19,077 nt of DNA from an uncultured Acidobacteriota bacterium (GCA_963702425.1 CAVPCQ010000014.1:1-19077); one strand, 5' to 3'. Shown: positions 1-10,806, counted from the stretch's first letter. Made by a program: numbers and translations. Notes: a model not told the origin generated them from the letters alone.

Positions 1-735
1 GCGGCCGGGTCCGGGACGAGCAGCAGCGTCGTCGGGTCGAGCAGCGCGTGCATGCTCTGGCGGCCGATCCGGTCGCGGTCCTTGAGCAGCGTGCAGGCGC
101 ACGCCGGTCCCGTCGTGCTTGAGCAGGAAAGCGAGGTCGACGTGCTCCTCGATCTCGTCGGCCGGCGGGGGGAGGTGCCCCGGCTTCTCGGGCGGCCCCT
201 CGCGGTGCCAGCGCGACGACATCCAGACCTCCGCGCCGGAGCGCTCGGCGATCGCGCGGATCGCCGGAACCATCGCGCGCACGTCCGGCTTCTCCATCTC
301 CAGCCGGTCGAGGATGATCACGTCCGGCTTGAAGTCGGCGAAGGCGCCGAGCTTGGTCACGAACTCGTCCAGCCGTTCGGGCGAGAAGACGCGGTCCACG
401 TAGGTGTGGATGTGCCACCCGCCCGGCTTCCACCTCGAGCTGGACCTCGGCCTTGATCGCGAGCTTGAGCGCTCCTGGCGGAGCATCTCGACGAGGATGT
501 CGTCGTACCACGCCCGCACCTTCTCGACGCAGTGCGAGCGAGAGGGATGTGGAGCACGGGCTGGCCCGAGAGCAGGGCGTCGAGGCCGACGGCCGACCAG
601 GCACGCGGTCTTGCCGACGCCGGCGCGCGACATCACGAGGGCCAGCTGGCCGGGCCCCGGCCCGGGGTGACCGTCGCGCTCCAGCAGGGTGCGCGGCGAG
701 CGACGCAGGGCGACGGCATGGTCTCGGTCAGTCAT
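1..735 (-). CDS. RecA/KaiC/DnaB-like P-loop ATPase, 3'-partial, with apparent indel frameshifts (absent from the ORF track)
   Basis: ATG at 735, 2 nt after the fusA TGA, with GAGGAG upstream. Manual translation: MTDRDHAVALRRSPRTLLERDGHPGPGPGQLALVMSRAGVGKTACLV (Walker A-like, 630-607), then VRAWYDDIL, FKPDVIILD (Walker B-like), AEVWMS and, after a shift near 93, LLKDRD...LLDPTTLLL. No stop before the window edge. Confidence 0.8.
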   Translation of the reverse strand, partial: MTDRDHAVALRRSPRTLLERDGHPGPGPGQLALVMSRAGVGKTACLVGRRPRRPALGPARAPHPSRSHCVEKVRAWYDDILVEMLRQERSSSRSRPRSSSRWKPGGWHIHTYVDRVFSPERLDEFVTKLGAFADFKPDVIILDRLEMEKPDVRAMVPAIRAIAERSGAEVWMSSRWHREGPPEKPGHLPPPADEIEEHVDLAFLLKHDGTGVRLHAAQGPRPDRPPEHARAARPDDAAARPGPGR

Positions 736-737
736 CT

Positions 738-2804
<2,067 letters not shown>

Positions 2805-2955
2805 AGGTCCTGTCCTGCGCGGCCGCGGCCGCGGTGGGGCGGAACGGCCAGGGCCGGCTCCGCACGGGTGCCGCCCAGCCTGACCTCGGCCCGAGTTGCC
2901 CTCGGATCCCCGGCGGGGCGAGACAATCCGGCCCCCGACTGGCGCGACGGGCAGA

Positions 2956-2988
2956 AGTATAGGGACGAATCAGGGGGGCGCCAGTCAA
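2956..2988 (-). promoter_or_regulatory. Candidate sigma70-type promoter for fusA
   Basis: Minus strand TTGACT (2988-2983) and TATACT (2961-2956) in a locally AT-richer patch. The 21-nt spacer is longer than canonical, so the -35 assignment is doubtful. Confidence 0.4.
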
Positions 2989-3113
2989 GATTCTGTGAAA
3001 GCTGGACTTGAGCGGGTGGGACGGGCCGGCAGGCCGACCCCACGGTGGCCCGCCCGGGGCGGGGAGGGGCTTACAGGCCGGGCAGCCGTTCGATGAGCCG
3101 GGGCCCTCCGGGG

Positions 3114-3148
3114 TCCGGGCCGGGGCCGGCCCGGCCGGCCCCCCCGGA
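3114..3148. repeat. GC-rich hairpin downstream of maeB (possible terminator or REP relic)
   Basis: GGGGCCGGCC (3122-3131) / GGCCGGCCCC (3133-3142), extended by TCCGGG/CCCGGA. No U-tract. Confidence 0.45.
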
Positions 3149-3165
3149 TCCGCGGCCGCGGGACC

Positions 3166-3191
3166 GGGCCGGCACAGAGGCCGGCCCCTAC
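3166..3191 (-). repeat. GTAG-type REP element, single copy overlapping the maeB stop codon
   Basis: Minus strand GTAG-GGGCCGGC-CTCTGT-GCCGGCCC; 25/26 identical to the copies at 14778-14803 and 14824-14849. Confidence 0.85.
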
Positions 3192-5470
3192 ATTTTCTTG
3201 AGGCGCGCGGCCTGCAGCGCGGTGATCGCCGCCGAGCGCACGATTTCATCGGTCGACGCGACGTGGTTGAGCAGGTTCACCGGCTTGGCCAGACCGCACA
3301 GGATCGGCCCGACGATCTCCGCCCCGGCCGCGTGCCGGAGCAGCTTGTAGGCCGCGTTGCCGGCGTCGAGGCTGGGGAAGACGAGCACGTTGGCGTCGCC
3401 CTGGATCAGCGATTGAGGGCAGACCGCGGCGACCTCCGGACTGAGCGCGGTGTCGACCATCATCTCGCCGTCGACGACCAGGTCCGGGCGCCGCGCACGC
3501 ACGATCCGCATCGCCGCCGCGACCTTGTCCGGCTCGGGGTGGTTGACCGACCCGAAGTTGGAGAACGAGATCAGCGCGACCTTGGGCTGCAGGTCGAACA
3601 GCGACTCCGCGGTCTCGGCGGCCTGGATCGCCATCTCGGCCAGGGTCTCGGCGTCGGGCTCGATGTTGATCGCGGTGTCCGACAGGATCAGCAGCCGGTC
3701 CTTGAGGATGCAGGCCATCGCGGCCGAGACCCGCTTGACCCCCGGCCGCGGGCCGATGATCTGCAGCGACGGCTTGACCATGTCGGCGTAGGCCTTGCCG
3801 ATCCCGCCGACCAGGCCGTCGGCCAGCCCCAGCTCGACCAGCAGCAGGCCGAAGGTCGTCGGGCGCAGCACGAGCTGGCGGGCCCGGGCTGGCGTCACGC
3901 CGCGCCGCTGGCGCTTCTCGAACAGTCGCGCCGCGAGCTTGTCCAGGTCGGGGTACGTGTAGGGGTCGAGGATCGTCATCCCCGCGAGGTCGGCGCCGTG
4001 GGTCTCGGCCAGGCCGCGGATCTTCTGCTCGTCGCCGAGCAGGATCGGGCTCGCGATCTTCTCCTCGACCAGCCGCTGCGCGGCGCGGATGACGTGCAGC
4101 TCGTCGCCTTCGGTCAGCACGATCCGGGCGGGGACGCTTCGGGCCTTGTCCATGAACCCGCGGATCACGCGCCGGCCGGGCCCGAGGAAGGTCACCTCGA
4201 GGTGCTTCGCGTAGGCCTCCTTGCCCTGCCACGTGTCGGCCTTGCGCGCGACGCCGCTGTCGACCGCGGCCTGGGCCACCGCCGGGGCGACCCACAGCAG
4301 CACCCGCGGGTCGAGCGGCTTGGGGATGATGTACTCCGGCCCGAAGCGCAGCTCGTCGACTCCGTACGCAGCCAGGACTTCGTCCGGGATGTCGGTGTTC
4401 GCCAGCTCGGCCAGCGCCTTGGACGCGGCGAGCTTCATCTGCATGTTGATCTGCCGGGCCCCGACGTCGAGTGCGCCGCGGAAGATGAACGGGAAACCGA
4501 GGACGTTGTTGACCTGGTTGGGATAGTCCGAGCGGCCGGTGGCGAGGATCGCGTCCGGGCGCGCGGCGCGGGCCAGCTCGTACTTGATCTCCGGGTTGGG
4601 GTTCGACATCGCGAAGATGATCGGCTTCGACCCCATCGACTTGACCATCTCCTCGCTGACGAGGTCCGGCCCGGACAGGCCGAGGAAGATGTCGGCACCG
4701 CGCATCGCGTCGGCCAGCGTGCGGTCCTTGGTGTCGTTGGCCCAGGCCTCCTTGTAGGGGTTCATGTGCTCGGTCCGCCCCTTGTAGATCACGCCGGAGC
4801 GGTCGAGCATCAGGATGTTGCGCTTGGGGAAGCCGGAAGCGACCAGCATGTCGCCGCACGCGACCCCCGCGGCGCCGGCGCCGAGGATCACCACCTTGCA
4901 CGCGTCGCGCCCCTTCCCGAGGATCTCCAGCGAGTTGAGGATGCCCGCGGTGCTGATGATCGCGGTCCCGTGCTGGTCGTCGTGGAAGACCGGGATGTCG
5001 AGCAGCTTGATCAGCCGCTGCTCGACCTCGAAGCACTCGGGGGCCTTGATGTCCTCGAGGTTGATCCCACCGAAGGTCGGGGCGATCAGCTGGACGGTGC
5101 GGATGACCTCCTCGACGTCGTGGCTATCGACTTCGATGTCGAAGACGTCGATCCCGGCGAAGCGGTTGAAGAGGACCCCTTTCCCCTCCATGACCGGCTT
5201 GCCGGACAGGGCCCCGATGTCGCCGAGGCCCAGCACCGCGGTCCCGTTGCTGATCACGGCGACGAGGTTGCCCTTGTTCGTGTAGCGGTAGGCCGCTTCG
5301 GGGTCGGCCTCGATCGCCTTGCAGGGCACGGCGACCCCCGGGGTGTAGGCGAGCGACAGGTCGCGCTGCGAGCTGCAGGGCTTGGTCGAGTAGACACCCA
5401 GTTTCCCCGGGCGCGGGAACTCGTGGTAGGCGAGGGCTTCCTCGTCGCGGATCTTCACGAACTTCGCCAT
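3188..5470 (-). CDS. maeB: NADP-dependent malic enzyme with C-terminal phosphotransacetylase-like domain
   Basis: Motifs LSLAYTPGVA, NGTAVLGLG, KPVMEGK, INLEDI, FHDDQHGTA, GAGAAG, TGRSDYPNQVNNVLGFPFIFRG and PTA-like DGEM...DANVLVFPSLDAGN. ATG 5470 is preferred over 5479 because AGGAG lies 9 nt upstream of it but abuts 5479. Confidence 0.96.
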   Translation of the reverse strand: MAKFVKIRDEEALAYHEFPRPGKLGVYSTKPCSSQRDLSLAYTPGVAVPCKAIEADPEAAYRYTNKGNLVAVISNGTAVLGLGDIGALSGKPVMEGKGVLFNRFAGIDVFDIEVDSHDVEEVIRTVQLIAPTFGGINLEDIKAPECFEVEQRLIKLLDIPVFHDDQHGTAIISTAGILNSLEILGKGRDACKVVILGAGAAGVACGDMLVASGFPKRNILMLDRSGVIYKGRTEHMNPYKEAWANDTKDRTLADAMRGADIFLGLSGPDLVSEEMVKSMGSKPIIFAMSNPNPEIKYELARAARPDAILATGRSDYPNQVNNVLGFPFIFRGALDVGARQINMQMKLAASKALAELANTDIPDEVLAAYGVDELRFGPEYIIPKPLDPRVLLWVAPAVAQAAVDSGVARKADTWQGKEAYAKHLEVTFLGPGRRVIRGFMDKARSVPARIVLTEGDELHVIRAAQRLVEEKIASPILLGDEQKIRGLAETHGADLAGMTILDPYTYPDLDKLAARLFEKRQRRGVTPARARQLVLRPTTFGLLLVELGLADGLVGGIGKAYADMVKPSLQIIGPRPGVKRVSAAMACILKDRLLILSDTAINIEPDAETLAEMAIQAAETAESLFDLQPKVALISFSNFGSVNHPEPDKVAAAMRIVRARRPDLVVDGEMMVDTALSPEVAAVCPQSLIQGDANVLVFPSLDAGNAAYKLLRHAAGAEIVGPILCGLAKPVNLLNHVASTDEIVRSAAITALQAARLKKM

Positions 5471-5571
5471 GGATTCCATCTCCTGCCGGCAGGCGCCCGG
5501 AGGCGCGCCGGGGGTGCGGCCTGGGCCGCGGCGGGCCGGGGCGGCGGGTGGGAGGGCCCCGAGGAAGCACG

Positions 5572-5601
5572 ATCATAAGCCCGACCTGCCTGATCAGTCA
5601 G
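5572..5601 (-). promoter_or_regulatory. Candidate promoter for maeB
   Basis: Minus strand CTGACT (5601-5596), 18-nt spacer, TATGAT (5577-5572), about 100 nt upstream of the start. Confidence 0.4.
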
Positions 5602-5708
5602 CCGGGGCCGGGGCGGCCCGGAAGCCCGGGGTTGCTCGAAACGGCCCGCGGAACCGACGTTTCCCGGCGCCGCGCCGTCCCGGACGGCGTAGCCGGAGGT
5701 TCCCGCCC

Positions 5709-8700
5709 ATGCCCCGCACCGCCCCACACCTCGCTCTCGGCCTGGGTGTCTGCTTCCTCCTGGGGGAGCCGACCTCCCTGGCGGCTCCCCCGCCGGCCGA
5801 GCGGCCCGTCCCCGGGCGCGCGACCGCCGGTCCCAGGACGGCGCCGCAGCCGGCCGGGTTCCGCCGGCTCGCCGACGAGGCGGCACTCGAGTGGTGCGAC
5901 GGCCTCGACAACGACGGCGACGGCTCGGTCGACGAGGAGCGGGGCACCCGGTTCGTGGCCCCGGGCGGGAGCGACGCGGACAACCTCTGCCTCGACTCCG
6001 CGGTGCCGTGCGCCACGATCGGGCGCGCGATCCGTGCGGCCTGCACCGAGGAGACCGTGCAGGTCGGGGCCGGCCTCTACGTCGAGGACCTGGTCATCGA
6101 CCGGCCGCTGTCGCTGCTGCGCTGGGGTCCGCCGCCAAACCCCGAGCTGCGCGGTACGGGCTCCGGCGACGTCGTCTCGATCCGCGCCTCGCGCGTGACC
6201 GTGGGCGGGATCGAGATCTCCGGCGCACCGGGTCACGCCTGCCTGCGGATCGGCGACCCCGCGCACCCCGACGTGCGCCACGCGCGGATCGAGAACATGG
6301 GGATCAGCGGCTGTGCCTTCGGTGTCGTGGCCGACAGCACGGGAGCGCCGGCCGACACCGACACGCAGAACCGGATCGTCTCGGTGCACCTCCACGGAAT
6401 GCTGGCCGACGGCCGGCCGGGGAGCGGCAGCGGCGTGCTGGGACTCAACGGCACCGGACGGCTGCTGGTCATCGGCAACCTGATCGACGAGAACGAGGGG
6501 GCCGCGGTTCGCGTGCTGGCCCCGCCCGAGGGGAAGCAGAACGACTGGATCCTCGTGGTCGGGAACCAGCTGCGCGGTAACGGCCTCGCGCCGGGAGCGG
6601 ACTCGCACGCCGCGGTCGAGGTCGAGCAGGCGACGCGGCTGCGCGTCGAGGGGAACTGGATCCAGGGCCAGGTCGGGGCGGGCGCCGGTCGCGACGGCGA
6701 CGGGGCCGTCTACCGCGCCGTGTCGGGCGGCGAGTTCGCCTGCAACCGGGTCGAGGACAACGGCGTCGGCGTGCGGCTCACGGGCCAGACCTCCGGGATC
6801 GCGATCGTCTCGAACCGGTTCACGGCCAATACCGTCGCCGCGGTCGCCGTCGAGGCCACGGCCGGCGACGGTTCTTCCGTCCGCGAGAACCTCTTTTCCG
6901 GCAACGCGGTTGCGGTCGAGAACGACCGGAGCGCGACCTTCGACGCCCGCCACTCGTGGTGGGGCGGAGCCGGCGGGCCCGCGAGCGCGTCGGACGGCGT
7001 GCGCGGGCCGGTCGATGTCTCGGGCTACATCGCGCGCGGCACGGCCCCGCTCCTCGTGCGGCGACCGATGTCGTCCGGCTGGGCCCCGCCCGTCGCGGCC
7101 TGCTTCGACCTGTTGCAGGACGCGCTCGTCGCCGCGGTGCCGGGCGACCTGGTGCTGATCGGCGAGGGGAACTACCTCGGTCACTTCGCGCTGAACCGGC
7201 CGATCGACCTCGAGGGGATCGCCGCCCCGAACGCCTGCTCGCCGAGCGTGCTCGACGGCACGCAGTCCGGCGGGTCGCATCTCCCGGCGCTCGAACTCTC
7301 CGGCGTGAGCGGCGTCACGGTCTCAAACCTCACGCTCCGCGACGCCGGCGCCGGCACGCCCTGCGGCACCAACCAGGGCAACGAAGCCGGCCTGTCCCTG
7401 CAGGACGTCCGCGCCTCGTCGTTGACCGACCTCTGCCTCGCCTCGAACGGGGTGAGCGAACTGCGGGTTACCGGCGAGAGCGATGGCAACCGGCTGGCGC
7501 GGCTGACGATCGACGGCGTGCTGCGCGACGCCTTCGGGCAGGATGCCTGCGGTCACCGCTCGCGCGACGGCGTGCTCGTCGCCGGGCGCGCGGCCTGCGA
7601 AGGGGGCGCGGCCGCGATCGCGGAACATAACGCGATCGAGGACACCGTGATCGAGGGCGTGAGCCGCGGCGTCGCGGTGCGACTCGCCCGCGGGACGACG
7701 GTCGAACGGGCCACGATCGTGCCGCACGCGGCGCCGGCCTGGTACGGCGGTGGATGGGCCGCGGGCGTACACGTCGAGCTGGCCGAGACGACCGCGCTGA
7801 GCGAACTCACGATCGATGCCACGGCGGGGTCCGAGGGGATCCGGATCGCCGGCCGCGCGGCCGGTGACTGCGCGAGCGAGATGCTGGACTCGGTCGGCAC
7901 GACGGTCGACCGGGCGACGGTGACGCGGGCCCGCGGTGCGGCCGTCCGCCTCTTCCGCGGCCCGACCGACCCGGGCGTGCCGACGGGAACGACGCTGCGC
8001 TGCCTGGAACTCGAGACGAACGCGATCGGCCTCCAGGCCGACTTCGTCGCCGAGCCGCAGGGAGCAGCGAACCGGATCGAGCTGTCGGACCTCACCGGAA
8101 ACGGGCAGGGCCTCGTCAACCTGGCGGCTCAGCCGATCCAGGCATCCCGGAACTGGTGGGCGGCGGCGAATGGCCCCTCGGGAGCAGGCCCCGGCTCCGG
8201 GGACGCGGCGATCGGTGCGGTCGTCTTCGGACCGTTCCTCGGCTCATCCGCGTTCGACGACCACGACGGGGACGGGTTCAGCGAGTGCGGCGGTGACCCC
8301 GACGACGCCGAAGCGCGCGTACGCCCCGGCCCCGACGTCTGCGACGGGTTCGACAACGACCTCGACGGCTCGGTGGACGAGGATCCGTCCGCCGAGACCT
8401 GTGACGGGCTCGACAACGACTGCGACGGTACCGTCGACGACGTCCCGCGACCGGACGGCTCGGCCCGGGTGACGCTGGTCCGCGACGGGGCGCTGGCGCG
8501 TCTCGCCTGGCCGGCGCTCGCCGCGGCCGCAGCCTACGACATCGTGCGGGGCGACCTGGCGACACTGGTGGCGACCCGGGGCGACTTCGCCGCAGCCGTG
8601 AGCGGCTGCCTGGCCGACGACGCGCCGATGCTCGAGGCGACGGACGGCGCCGCGGGGCCGAGCGGCTTCTACGTGCTGAGGGGCGTCGCCTGCGCGCGCG

Positions 8701-8786
8701 GCGGGACCTACGACGAGCTACCGGGAGGCGGCCAGGCCGCGAGCCGCGACACGGAGATCGAGGCCGCCACGGCGCGGTGTCCCTGA
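5709..8786 (+). CDS. Large secreted protein: two right-handed beta-helix modules, Cys/Asp-rich CDGxDNDxDG (putative metal-binding, MopE-related) repeats, and a C-terminal domain ending in CP
   Basis: GGAGGT (5695-5700) 8 nt before ATG 5709; signal-peptide-like MPRTAPHLALGLGVCFLLG; recurring GNxI/NxF beta-helix turns; two xWWxxxxGP motifs; three CDGxDNDxDG motifs. 1025 aa with an intact frame. Confidence 0.8.
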   Translation: MPRTAPHLALGLGVCFLLGEPTSLAAPPPAERPVPGRATAGPRTAPQPAGFRRLADEAALEWCDGLDNDGDGSVDEERGTRFVAPGGSDADNLCLDSAVPCATIGRAIRAACTEETVQVGAGLYVEDLVIDRPLSLLRWGPPPNPELRGTGSGDVVSIRASRVTVGGIEISGAPGHACLRIGDPAHPDVRHARIENMGISGCAFGVVADSTGAPADTDTQNRIVSVHLHGMLADGRPGSGSGVLGLNGTGRLLVIGNLIDENEGAAVRVLAPPEGKQNDWILVVGNQLRGNGLAPGADSHAAVEVEQATRLRVEGNWIQGQVGAGAGRDGDGAVYRAVSGGEFACNRVEDNGVGVRLTGQTSGIAIVSNRFTANTVAAVAVEATAGDGSSVRENLFSGNAVAVENDRSATFDARHSWWGGAGGPASASDGVRGPVDVSGYIARGTAPLLVRRPMSSGWAPPVAACFDLLQDALVAAVPGDLVLIGEGNYLGHFALNRPIDLEGIAAPNACSPSVLDGTQSGGSHLPALELSGVSGVTVSNLTLRDAGAGTPCGTNQGNEAGLSLQDVRASSLTDLCLASNGVSELRVTGESDGNRLARLTIDGVLRDAFGQDACGHRSRDGVLVAGRAACEGGAAAIAEHNAIEDTVIEGVSRGVAVRLARGTTVERATIVPHAAPAWYGGGWAAGVHVELAETTALSELTIDATAGSEGIRIAGRAAGDCASEMLDSVGTTVDRATVTRARGAAVRLFRGPTDPGVPTGTTLRCLELETNAIGLQADFVAEPQGAANRIELSDLTGNGQGLVNLAAQPIQASRNWWAAANGPSGAGPGSGDAAIGAVVFGPFLGSSAFDDHDGDGFSECGGDPDDAEARVRPGPDVCDGFDNDLDGSVDEDPSAETCDGLDNDCDGTVDDVPRPDGSARVTLVRDGALARLAWPALAAAAAYDIVRGDLATLVATRGDFAAAVSGCLADDAPMLEATDGAAGPSGFYVLRGVACARGGTYDELPGGGQAASRDTEIEAATARCP

Positions 8787-8845
8787 GCACTGGACGGACC
8801 GCACCGCACCTCGGCATCATGGGCACCGGACCCCGGAGCGCGACG

Positions 8846-9133
8846 ATGGGCAAGAAGGACAAGTGCTGCGATCGGTACAAGAAGAAGGACGAGTACTGCC
8901 GCGGCTGCCCGATCGTCGACTCGTGCGAGTTGGCGCCGCGGCCCGATCGAAGCGACGAGCGGAAGGACAAGAACCAGAAGACGAACAAGGAGGCGAAGCA
9001 GGCAAAGAAGGAGAAGAAGGAGAAGAAGAGCAAGAGCGAGAAGAGGAAGAAGAAGGACAAGGAGAGCAAGAAGAACAAGCAGGAAGGGAAAGGCAAGAGG
9101 AGCAAAGCGGCCGGGCAGGGGGAGGAAGTCTAG
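8846..9133 (+). CDS. Small protein with N-terminal CC-x9-C-x2-CP motif and Lys-rich tail (95 aa)
   Basis: GGAG 7 nt before ATG 8846; strong G/C third-position use (AAG, GAG, GAC); MGKKDKCCDRYKKKDEYCRGCP followed by a K/E-rich tail; 29 of 95 residues are Lys by manual count. Confidence 0.75.
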   Translation: MGKKDKCCDRYKKKDEYCRGCPIVDSCELAPRPDRSDERKDKNQKTNKEAKQAKKEKKEKKSKSEKRKKKDKESKKNKQEGKGKRSKAAGQGEEV

Positions 9134-9211
9134 ACGTCGGGCGCCGAACAATGCCGTCCGGCGGCCGACCGACCCGCGGACCGAGGGCCGCCCGGCCCAA
9201 GGTCGCGTTCG

Positions 9212-10765
9212 CTACCGCGCCCCGGCGCCGCGGAGTCCGCTCCCCCGCGGCGCGTACACGGGCAGGCTCGACGCCGGAAGCGCCGCTTCCGGGACCGCCT
9301 CGTTCCGGAAGGACCGGATCTCCTCGAAGAGATCGCGGAAACGTGGCGACCGGGTCAGGCGCGGGAAGAAGTCCGGGAAGACGATCAGGTACGTCGCCCG
9401 TTCCTGATCCATGAATGAGCGGAGAGCGAAGGGATCGCTGGCGATCCTCTCCTGGAGTCCCGGAGCGAAGAGAACGTCCTTGGAGTTCAGCCCGATCAGG
9501 TCGATCGTTCGCTGCCGGCCGAAGTAGCGGATGGCGCCCGCGTCGTTGACGAGCACCGCGGTCGGACCCGGCAGCGTGTCGAGCCAGCGCCCCGCCGCGA
9601 CCTGCATGTTCTCGATGTTGCGGCAGTTCGCCACGTAGCGGAATCGGCTCTCCGACAGGCCGGTGGCAACCGGCCAGAGGGAGGCCGCGAGCGCCAACGC
9701 CGTCAGGCCTCCCCGCCAAGCGGCGTGGGCGCCTCTGCCGGACAGTGCGGCGATTCCGCAGCCGAGCGCAACGAACAGGAACGGCAGGGCGGGCAGCGGG
9801 TAGCGCAACCAGTAGATGTGGAGCATGCCTCGGATGGGCATCCAGCGCGTCGCGGCGATCGCTGCCACGAAGAGCCACGGGAACAGGACGATGACCCACG
9901 CGCCCCGCAGTCGCCCGCGGACCAGCGTCACGACCCCGGCAGCGCAGATGAGCAGGCCGATGCCGAACCGGTTCACCGGCGGCAGGAGCGCGAACTGGCC
10001 GAGAACCCGGGGCAGCGTGCCGAGGTGCCCCCCCTCGACCTTGGCGTAGGCCGTCGCCGGGAAGGGGTGACCCGACGCGGCGAGGCAGAACAGGCTCCAG
10101 GCGAGGCCGGCGAGCAGCACCGGGCCGAGCAGCGTCGCCGCCTGGCGAAGACCTCCCCCCGGATCCGCCCACGCGCTGCGGCTCAGGAGCAGCGTAGCCG
10201 CGGCGAGAACCACGAGCACCGCCATCTCCGGCCGCGCGAGAAGCGCGAGTGCCAACAGAAGTCCGGCGGGGCGGGTTCGGCCGGCGGAGAGCGCGAGCGC
10301 TGCGCCGAGGGCGAGGGCGGCCGCCAGCGGGACCTCCATGCCGGAGACCTGGGCGAAGGCGAGCGACGGATCGAGCGCACAGAGAAGGCCCGCAGCAGCG
10401 GCCGCGGCGAGAGAACCGGCGAGCGCGAGAACCAGCTCGAAGACGAGGACGCTGCACGCCGCGCCGAAAGCCGTTCCGAGCGCCTTCAGCAGGATCGGCG
10501 CCGGGAGATCCGTGGCCCGCGAGCCGGCCTCCGCGACGGCGGCGACGGCGATCCACGCCGGGCTCGTGAAGCCGGTTTCGGTCGCTCCGTCGTTGTACTG
10601 CGGCGAACCGTGCTCAACGAGCGCCCGGCCGTAGACGAGGTGGATGAAGGCGTCGTCGATCGGCAGCCCCGCCGGCACCGGAACTGCGTACCACGCCGCA
10701 AGCGTGGCGTGCACGAGGACGAGGAAGCTCCACGCGATCACTCGCGAACGGACCGTTCTCGACAC
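9212..10765 (-). CDS. Polytopic membrane protein, GT-C-fold glycosyltransferase-like (AftB/ArnT/PMT-like)
   Basis: First TM followed by IDDAFIHLVYGRAL...GFTSPAW (acidic DD in first loop), SGMEVPL, LARPE, many hydrophobic segments, and C-terminal DAGAIRYF...IDLIGLN. GTG start. Confidence 0.72.
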   Translation of the reverse strand: MSRTVRSRVIAWSFLVLVHATLAAWYAVPVPAGLPIDDAFIHLVYGRALVEHGSPQYNDGATETGFTSPAWIAVAAVAEAGSRATDLPAPILLKALGTAFGAACSVLVFELVLALAGSLAAAAAAGLLCALDPSLAFAQVSGMEVPLAAALALGAALALSAGRTRPAGLLLALALLARPEMAVLVVLAAATLLLSRSAWADPGGGLRQAATLLGPVLLAGLAWSLFCLAASGHPFPATAYAKVEGGHLGTLPRVLGQFALLPPVNRFGIGLLICAAGVVTLVRGRLRGAWVIVLFPWLFVAAIAATRWMPIRGMLHIYWLRYPLPALPFLFVALGCGIAALSGRGAHAAWRGGLTALALAASLWPVATGLSESRFRYVANCRNIENMQVAAGRWLDTLPGPTAVLVNDAGAIRYFGRQRTIDLIGLNSKDVLFAPGLQERIASDPFALRSFMDQERATYLIVFPDFFPRLTRSPRFRDLFEEIRSFRNEAVPEAALPASSLPVYAPRGSGLRGAGAR

Positions 10766-10806
10766 GCCTCTTCCCGCCGACCTTTCGCTTCCCCCAACTC
10801 ACACCT

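Noticed and set aside
3008-5578. 856-aa plus-strand ORF and 596-aa minus-strand alternative-frame ORF
   Set aside because: Antisense and off-frame shadows of maeB; stop codons are scarce in such frames at this GC content.
5673-5689. CGTCCCGGACG palindrome here and at about 13900 as a shared operator
   Set aside because: Only 11-12 GC-rich bases in two copies; chance cannot be excluded.
5469-5708. N-terminal 80 aa of the 1105-aa ORF as called in the track
   Set aside because: Overlaps the maeB start and promoter region; the RBS and signal peptide point to ATG 5709.
8260-8440. Repeated GACGGG/GACAACGAC units as a CRISPR or DNA tandem repeat
   Set aside because: They are in-frame codons of the CDGxDNDxDG protein repeats, with synonymous variation and no repeat-spacer structure.
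8278-9105. Minus-strand ORF with an F/L/S-rich, membrane-like N-terminus
   Set aside because: Simply the reverse complement of the AAG/GAG-rich Lys tail.
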